From Candidatus Micrarchaeota archaeon (GTDB lineage: Archaea > Micrarchaeota > Micrarchaeia > Norongarragalinales > SBBD01), in assembly GCA_018819225.1 (NCBI GenBank), contig JAHJQN010000008.1:177421-241420 (forward strand): DNA of 64,000 bases. Reading direction: 5' to 3'. This document shows positions 57,902 through 64,000 of this stretch, in pieces. The notes under the pieces are model-generated. The model had not been told where the DNA came from, did not search any database, and worked only from the letters and a program-made list of their open reading frames with translations. Position 1 is the first letter of the stretch. Every line of letters begins with the position of its first letter. Both the position numbers and the translations under genes were made by a program.

Positions 57902-58184
57902 TTAAGACCACGTCTAGGTGCAGGCCGGTACGTTTTCATGCCCCATATCCGCAAAAAGCGTACCATTCCCGATTTAAATAGACTGCCCCATTCGGTGTAC
58001 AACGAAATACTCTTCACAGAAGGTCAATAGCGGTAAAACTGTATTTTACAATGGAACTCGTTCCCTTGTGTTTCATTTTGAGAGTGCTTTGGGTCCTCAC
58101 TAAACCCTCAAGTATTCGGATTCATTTGTTCGGAAGGAAATGGATAATCAAATTGCTGCAAACAATGTAACTATTAAAGAAATA

Positions 58185-60461
58185 CTATAGGTCTGTTCTG
58201 GGTGAGGCTGTTATCTGTCTATGCTTAAGAAGCTGTACTAAATCACGTGCGCATAGTTCCGATTCTGTTTTTCCAAAAATTAGTTTATCAATTTCTTCAC
58301 CAATCTCTATAAGTTCGTTATCGGACAGACTTTTACTTAGTTTTTGGGTAATGTTTACTACGTCGGATTTTTGAATCCCTTTCAACTTAGCAGGGATTGG
58401 AATTTTACTAATTAATGAAGCTTCAACCTTAAGAGCTCCGCCCCCCAGCGGTACACCATTTAATTCACAAATTAATCTAAAAGTGTTCGAGTTAAGCCAA
58501 ATCCATACCGTTTGGGGCTCTATTTTTGCCCGCGAAGGTAATAACGTAACAAAGTTCGCGTCGGTAACTAGATTACCACTGTCACAAACCAAATAACTTC
58601 GCAGGGGACCAGAAGTTACTCTCGACGTTATAAGTGCACCGAAGTGCCTACTTTGAAAAGATAGCTGATACCAAAATTTTGGAGCCTGCGGGATTGGCGA
58701 GTTATTGGCGGATTTTGGTACATAGCTATTTGTCCTTACAGCAGAAAGCTCTTTGATAGGTTTACCAGATGCACCATTTCCACCGTATTTCAATTTTCCA
58801 CAATCCCGTATATGTTTTGCAAGATTCGGCGAAAATATTTTTAATTGATTAACATTCCATCTCTCTTGCCATACTTTAGGAAATGATTTAACTAATTTCA
58901 TATCCTCCGGAAGAACGCCACTGTTAAAGTCAAGCACGTAGATATTAGTATCCTTTGGCCCAATTACTAACGGCCCATGGTAAGTTAACTTATGGATTGC
59001 AGGTCGCGTAAATTCGCGCGGAATTGTGAGATTATATTGAACGGTTTTTCCAACACGAGTCAGTTTTATTTCATATAAATCATCTAAACTAGTACTGGTT
59101 TTACGAACATAAAAAAATTCATTACAGCCTGTTCTTAGACCTTGGTGGATTTTCCACCCAATTTGTCTGAATGAATATATTGCTTCATCTTCTAGATAAC
59201 TTGGAAATCGTATTCCCCTACTCTCTTGTGGCAACTTTTCCGCAATATTATTTCGTCTCCTTGGTTTAACCCAATTTTTGAAAGTTACGCGTAAATTACC
59301 ATAATCGCCTGAATTATTTACCTCATCTAACCACTTCCAGAATTCCTTACCTACCACCGATTCAAGAAATTCAGTTAGATTGTCATTACTTGCGCCGGTG
59401 ATTTCAACGTAAGGTATTCCTAGCTCATCTTGTCTCTTCGATTTGGCTCCTTTCGAATATACGATTACACTTGTTGGTATCTGAGCGCCTGGAAACCAAT
59501 TGCCCCGCCTATGTGTAATTACCCCCCTTACAACTCCTTTTTTAGCTAAGAATTGCCTGAGAGGCTCACCATATTCTCGTTCCATCCAATGGTTAGTAGT
59601 TACAAAAGCAATTTCTCCAGTTTCATTTGAAATCAGGTAGGCTAAGATCATTGCATACACTGATAAATCACTGTACCCTGATAGCTTCTTTAGCAGAAGT
59701 ATAACCTCATTTTCCTTATTCTTAGCGAATGCAATTTGATTAAGACTATCAAGCAAAAAAGTTCGATAGTCAATAAACTCTTTAGTAAATTTTTCTTCAG
59801 TGAAGTTTGGAATTTTTTGAAGATTTTGATAGCTTATATAAGGTGGATTTCCTACAACCGCCCCATAAGTAAAATTGTCTTTGACATTGAATCTGGTTAC
59901 TGCCCATTTAAACACATCTGAATGGACTATACTCTTTTTATTATCCAGAATTAATCCAGCAGTCGTTATTAGCAAAGAATCAATTTCAATTCCAATAACT
60001 TTAGAAGTCGGAAAAAGTTGGCTTGCCGCTAATAAAAATGTACCATGACCCGCCATTGGATCAATGATATATTTTGATTCTTTTGATAATCCCGATAGTG
60101 CAAACTTTGCAACATATAGTGGAGTAAAAAATTGGCCTAAAGCTTTAGTTCTATCTCTACCAACAAACTCCGTATACCTCTCCCATAAAAATAAAGGGTT
60201 TTTTTCCGTTTCTATGCAGATGAATTGAATGAGTTCAATATAAGCGCGAGATTTTGTTGTATTCCATGTAACTTTATCATAAGCTGCAAACTTTTCCTTA
60301 AGTTTTACGATGGGTTGTTTATTCAATAATGAATTTATTGCATTAGTATAGATCAAAGTTCGTTCATATAACGAAAAAGGCATTAACAGAGTACGAATCT
60401 TCCGCGAAACCATATCATAATTAGGGGTTTGGTTACCTTTTTCGCATCTTATTAGAGTCAT
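58185..60461 (-). CDS. N6-adenine DNA methyltransferase (gamma class, N6_Mtase/Eco57I-like) with C-terminal target-recognition region
   Basis: GQFFTP, IDPMAGHGTFL, GIEID, VGNPPY, QGLRTGCNEFF, GGGALK. Confidence 0.88.
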   Translation of the reverse strand: MTLIRCEKGNQTPNYDMVSRKIRTLLMPFSLYERTLIYTNAINSLLNKQPIVKLKEKFAAYDKVTWNTTKSRAYIELIQFICIETEKNPLFLWERYTEFVGRDRTKALGQFFTPLYVAKFALSGLSKESKYIIDPMAGHGTFLLAASQLFPTSKVIGIEIDSLLITTAGLILDNKKSIVHSDVFKWAVTRFNVKDNFTYGAVVGNPPYISYQNLQKIPNFTEEKFTKEFIDYRTFLLDSLNQIAFAKNKENEVILLLKKLSGYSDLSVYAMILAYLISNETGEIAFVTTNHWMEREYGEPLRQFLAKKGVVRGVITHRRGNWFPGAQIPTSVIVYSKGAKSKRQDELGIPYVEITGASNDNLTEFLESVVGKEFWKWLDEVNNSGDYGNLRVTFKNWVKPRRRNNIAEKLPQESRGIRFPSYLEDEAIYSFRQIGWKIHQGLRTGCNEFFYVRKTSTSLDDLYEIKLTRVGKTVQYNLTIPREFTRPAIHKLTYHGPLVIGPKDTNIYVLDFNSGVLPEDMKLVKSFPKVWQERWNVNQLKIFSPNLAKHIRDCGKLKYGGNGASGKPIKELSAVRTNSYVPKSANNSPIPQAPKFWYQLSFQSRHFGALITSRVTSGPLRSYLVCDSGNLVTDANFVTLLPSRAKIEPQTVWIWLNSNTFRLICELNGVPLGGGALKVEASLISKIPIPAKLKGIQKSDVVNITQKLSKSLSDNELIEIGEEIDKLIFGKTESELCARDLVQLLKHRQITASPRTDL

Positions 60462-60462
60462 T

Positions 60463-62349
60463 TTATTCTCCTTTGAGGTACCACTTTCCTTTCTTCTGGT
60501 AGGCTAAAGACGCCAATAATTTTCGAAAATCATTCGCATTTACAGATATATCCTCCCCAGATGATAGTGTTTTTCCAAGATATCTGCTGAAAAGATAATC
60601 GAAAGTTCTCTCGTCGGGTGAATTTCTGTCAATTTGTGATAGCCAAGTGCGTAAATACGATACGGTGTTTGGCGCATTCCGGGGGATTGGGTTCTCCTGC
60701 GTATTTAATGGTTTTTGAGTTAAAATAATCGGGTCTTTTTTTACTGCACCGTTTGTTGTAGTTTGCTTAAAGCTGGTTTGTTTCTTGGAAAGTATTGAAC
60801 TATTTATAATTTCAAAACCAGCTTCGATTATTGCTTTCCGTAAGGCATTCCATACTTCTTTTCGAGTGTTATGAAACACTATAGTCATATATCGGCCGGG
60901 TTTTAATATTCGAAAATTTTCTTTGAATGCAGAACATAAAAGCTCACCATAAATTTCTATTCCTTTATTTTGAACACTACTAACAATAGTTTCGTAGGTA
61001 TTGTCGGTAAATTCATCTAGCCATGATTCAGAGAGAAAATTTAATTCCGAGTACTGAAGATTATTTCCAAAAGGAGGATCTGTAAATATGTAGTCGACAG
61101 TGTTTTCCATAAGGCCAGAATTTTGAGAAGGTTTAGTATAGACTTGCGCATCGGGTTTCCATTTACTTACTTCCTCCACAGCGTTCGTTAGCGTTATCAA
61201 TTTATTTCGCACACCTTTGAACACATTTTTTTCAACTGGACAGCTGCTTATGTAAAGTGCTCCAGGTTGTGCACTTGTATTAATTGGTTTTGGGTTCCCA
61301 TGCTTAAACACAAAACGCGTCATTAAGGTTGCGTGGGCCGCATTGTAACTGGATACTAAAAGAGCAAAGTAATCTCGGATTTCTTTATCTGAATTTTTAA
61401 CCGCGTCAAAGAGTACTGAAATGGCTAAAAGATTTCTAGGAGTATAGAAATGGTGGACGTGGGTAATATCTTGATGATATCCAGATCGGTACATTTCTCC
61501 CCATCGAACAGACCCAGATAGCATTGGAAATGGCTTCATCCACGTAGGTAGTTTTGTTTTTGATATTTTTTCGACGAGGATTAAATCATCTTTATTTACT
61601 CGTCTAGACCAGTTCCTACCTCCTTTAGAGCCGAATACCAAAATCGGTCTTCTCTTCACTCTTGTAACTTGTTTTTTTAGTAGTTGATCGTGCACTTGTT
61701 CGGTTGCTCTGTGAATCTTATCGCTAACAAGGATTGCTCCACACTTAGTGCATTCTCCTTTGTTTTGGAAGCCTCCATCCTTGAAATTAATAAAAGTATC
61801 AATAAAAGCAAATTCTTCTTCACACTTGGGGCATATTACGATATCACTCCAATAAGCGAATTGAAATTTCTCTGTTATTCCTTGTTCATTCTTAATATCG
61901 TAGATCCAATTCCATTTATTTTCAATGCGAGTTAATTGGTTTTCAAGTAAAGTTCTTAATCTCTGCGCGTTTGTATTACGCAGGATCGTTTTTCCAATAA
62001 ATGTTGGAAGTACGCCTAGATCTATTGATATGCTTCTTCGTTTACCCCATTTCACGGCTTCAGTCGAGCTTATTCCCATACCCCGAATTAACTCTGGTTT
62101 TGGATTAGCGCAAGCTGCAGCTGCAAGGCTTGTACTACAAGTTCCAGCAAACCCATCGTATACTAAATCTCCAGGTTTTGTGTGAGCTAAGATAAACGGA
62201 ATGATGCTTTCATAGTTTATTTTAGTAGGATATGGATGCACATTATAGAGTGCTCCGGTTCTGGAAGAGTATGCCGGTTTATAATAGGGGTTGAAAACTA
62301 GCCTACTTACGCCAACAGACCGCGAGTTAATGTTGTCATTCAAATACAT
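60463..62349 (-). CDS. amino-DNA methyltransferase with zinc-ribbon insertion (PglXI/DUF1156-like architecture)
   Basis: HPYPTK, VYDGFAGT, CPKC...CTKC, DYIFTDPPF..NLQYSELN, RILKPG. Confidence 0.85.
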   Translation of the reverse strand: MYLNDNINSRSVGVSRLVFNPYYKPAYSSRTGALYNVHPYPTKINYESIIPFILAHTKPGDLVYDGFAGTCSTSLAAAACANPKPELIRGMGISSTEAVKWGKRRSISIDLGVLPTFIGKTILRNTNAQRLRTLLENQLTRIENKWNWIYDIKNEQGITEKFQFAYWSDIVICPKCEEEFAFIDTFINFKDGGFQNKGECTKCGAILVSDKIHRATEQVHDQLLKKQVTRVKRRPILVFGSKGGRNWSRRVNKDDLILVEKISKTKLPTWMKPFPMLSGSVRWGEMYRSGYHQDITHVHHFYTPRNLLAISVLFDAVKNSDKEIRDYFALLVSSYNAAHATLMTRFVFKHGNPKPINTSAQPGALYISSCPVEKNVFKGVRNKLITLTNAVEEVSKWKPDAQVYTKPSQNSGLMENTVDYIFTDPPFGNNLQYSELNFLSESWLDEFTDNTYETIVSSVQNKGIEIYGELLCSAFKENFRILKPGRYMTIVFHNTRKEVWNALRKAIIEAGFEIINSSILSKKQTSFKQTTTNGAVKKDPIILTQKPLNTQENPIPRNAPNTVSYLRTWLSQIDRNSPDERTFDYLFSRYLGKTLSSGEDISVNANDFRKLLASLAYQKKGKWYLKGE

Positions 62350-62351
62350 TG

Positions 62352-64000
62352 TTAAACACTCAAAATTTGCTTAGCCATTTCATTCAAATTATTCATATCT
62401 TTTGCTAGCACTTTAGAGAAAGCTCGTCTGCGTGAAGCAAGTGACTTTGCAACATTGATGTAGTTAGGGTTAGCTGCACACAATCTAACCGCTTTAAGAG
62501 AAATCAGTTTAGCTTCTTGTGCTAATGAGCGGTGAAATGTATTATGAGGATTGAACTTTGGAATTAGACTTAATGGCAGTTTGTGAATGTGTTGTTCTCC
62601 GAACTGTCCTTTTGGTTGTTTATTTTTTATTGCGTCATTGATAACTAAACTATTTAACATTCCACAAACGTACCATGCTTCATTTTCATCAGAAGAATCC
62701 CATGCATATAAAGTCTGATCATTAACGAAAGGAAAATCAAACTTAGAGGTGTTAACTACCGCCGCTGCAACATTCGTTCCACCGGCACCGTAGAGAACAA
62801 GATATTTCGAGTGATTTAATACCTGATCAGTAAGCTTATTTTTTCGATTGAGCCAAGTGTTAAGGGTTTTATTTCCGAGTCTTTTAAGTTTTTGGTCAAT
62901 TTTATTGAACCATTCTCTTGCTTTTCTATGGTTACGAGAAATTAAGTCGCCATATTTTAAAATTCTCCATTTATTTTCATATGCTTCAATTGGAAGAGCG
63001 GCATAGGCGCATTTTCCTACAATAAAGGGGAGTAAGGAGTCTGATTTAAGTGTAGTAAAAATGTATTCGCATTCTATAGTTCCTTCAAATTCAATTTTAT
63101 CCCATGGTGACTTGTTTAAACGATTTGCTCTTTCTATACTCGAAGTTTCCACACTTAATATTTTAGCCTTTCTATTCCCAATTATGTTAACCATTACTGC
63201 CCTTCTTGGCATCAAGTCAGCGCCTTGGCGGAATAGATCTTGATAACCCTTTTTAGATGTACTTCGATAGATTGAATTTTCATCAAACCAAGTTTTTGAA
63301 TCTAAATTATTAAGGTGTAATGAGCGTTTCTTCTTCCAAATTAGTTTATTATATTCGTTGGGGTTACCACTTACCTCGATACGCGGTAGTTCGATAGGCA
63401 ACCCAGAACCAGTACCTTCATAAGAACCAAATATGACGCAAGCGGGTCTTCCAAAAAGAGGGCTAACCTTTTCCAAATCCCAAAGCAGATCAACTTTCAT
63501 AGGAGATATTTGTCTAAAGCTTGACAAACGAAATGGGCTATGTTGATCCCCATTTAATATCACCCGAGGAAGCACAAACGCAAATATTCCATTCTTACGT
63601 AAATAATGTGCAACAGAGTGGACTGAGAATACCGTAGCAATTTCCATATGGTGCTTTGACTGCGCTGACGGAGTAAGGTTATATTTGTCGATTAGTTTTT
63701 CAAGTTGAGATTTGTATCTAGCAGCAGGGAAAGAACTCATAGCAAGCCACGGCGGGTTTGACAGGATAATGTCAAACCTTGCTTTCAACAAAGACGGTCT
63801 ATAGGTATTTTTCAAAACGAACGCCCAGACATTATTGCGACGTTCGCGTATCCTAATTACTAAATCGTCAATTAATTTAAATGAAGAAGAAGTTAATACG
63901 GTTTTTTCTTGTTCATTTAATTGTACTTCATGGAATATTTTATTTAGGTTTTCGTTCATTCTAGCTTTTACGAATTTTTCGGCTAAATTTCCATATACAA
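62352..64000 (-). CDS. C-terminal part of a type IIG-like RM enzyme / N6-adenine methyltransferase (5' end outside the window)
   Basis: FDIILSNPPW, FAFVLP, QGA.L.PR, TaqI-C-like EAWYVCGMLNS; frame is open to the window edge. Confidence 0.82.
   Translation of the reverse strand, partial: VYGNLAEKFVKARMNENLNKIFHEVQLNEQEKTVLTSSSFKLIDDLVIRIRERRNNVWAFVLKNTYRPSLLKARFDIILSNPPWLAMSSFPAARYKSQLEKLIDKYNLTPSAQSKHHMEIATVFSVHSVAHYLRKNGIFAFVLPRVILNGDQHSPFRLSSFRQISPMKVDLLWDLEKVSPLFGRPACVIFGSYEGTGSGLPIELPRIEVSGNPNEYNKLIWKKKRSLHLNNLDSKTWFDENSIYRSTSKKGYQDLFRQGADLMPRRAVMVNIIGNRKAKILSVETSSIERANRLNKSPWDKIEFEGTIECEYIFTTLKSDSLLPFIVGKCAYAALPIEAYENKWRILKYGDLISRNHRKAREWFNKIDQKLKRLGNKTLNTWLNRKNKLTDQVLNHSKYLVLYGAGGTNVAAAVVNTSKFDFPFVNDQTLYAWDSSDENEAWYVCGMLNSLVINDAIKNKQPKGQFGEQHIHKLPLSLIPKFNPHNTFHRSLAQEAKLISLKAVRLCAANPNYINVAKSLASRRRAFSKVLAKDMNNLNEMAKQILSV

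Larger units (their letters stand above)
57950..64000. mobile_element. AT-rich defence/genomic island next to tRNA-Leu (left end only; boundary approximate)
   Basis: visible drop in GC content right after the tRNA 3' end; carries only DNA modification/RM genes; no integrase in the window. Confidence 0.65.

Noticed and set aside
57902-58184. Short ORFs between the tRNA and the first methyltransferase
   Set aside because: Only 30-40 aa frames with no recognisable features; a possible gene remnant, but unsupported.
58185-64000. Calling the island a BREX system
   Set aside because: The middle methyltransferase resembles PglXI-type enzymes, but no pglZ, brxC or helicase is visible in this window.
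1-64000. CRISPR array, rRNA, transposase, integrase or intein
   Set aside because: No regularly spaced repeats or recognisable motifs were seen; RFC is normal length.

Overview
Archaeal chromosome segment, most likely from a DPANN lineage (Micrarchaeota/Iainarchaeota-like; inferred from gene content and protein style, not from a phylogeny). Bases 1 to about 44.5 kb are mostly housekeeping: tRNA methylthiotransferase, de novo purine genes (a PurF-PurN fusion, purL/Q/S, purM), nadC, a type IV pilin and prepilin peptidase, surface proteins, A/V-type ATPase subunits H-I-K-E-C-F, ahcY, rfcS, the S2-L39e-L31e-aIF6-prefoldin-ftsY-Pop5 cluster, scpB, a histone-fold variant, TldD/PmbA, ndk, ADP-dependent kinase, Pth2, RIO kinase, a CPA2 antiporter and ilvE. 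Three small genes are missing from the ORF track: L41e, L39e and a 45-aa membrane peptide. The stand-out locus (44.6-56.0 kb) is a tandem array of six ~500-aa paralogues. Each has a divergent helical N-terminal region and a conserved C-terminal swivelling phospho-His (PEP-utiliser mobile) domain, but no ATP-grasp or pyruvate-binding domain. The array also holds an MtnC-like HAD phosphatase and two Bat-like HTH regulators, each followed by a palindromic site upstream of a TATA box. After purB come a tRNA-Leu(CAA) with a 110-nt structured intron, preceded by a duplicate of its own 5' end, and an AT-rich island with three tandem DNA methyltransferase/restriction-modification genes running off the window edge.
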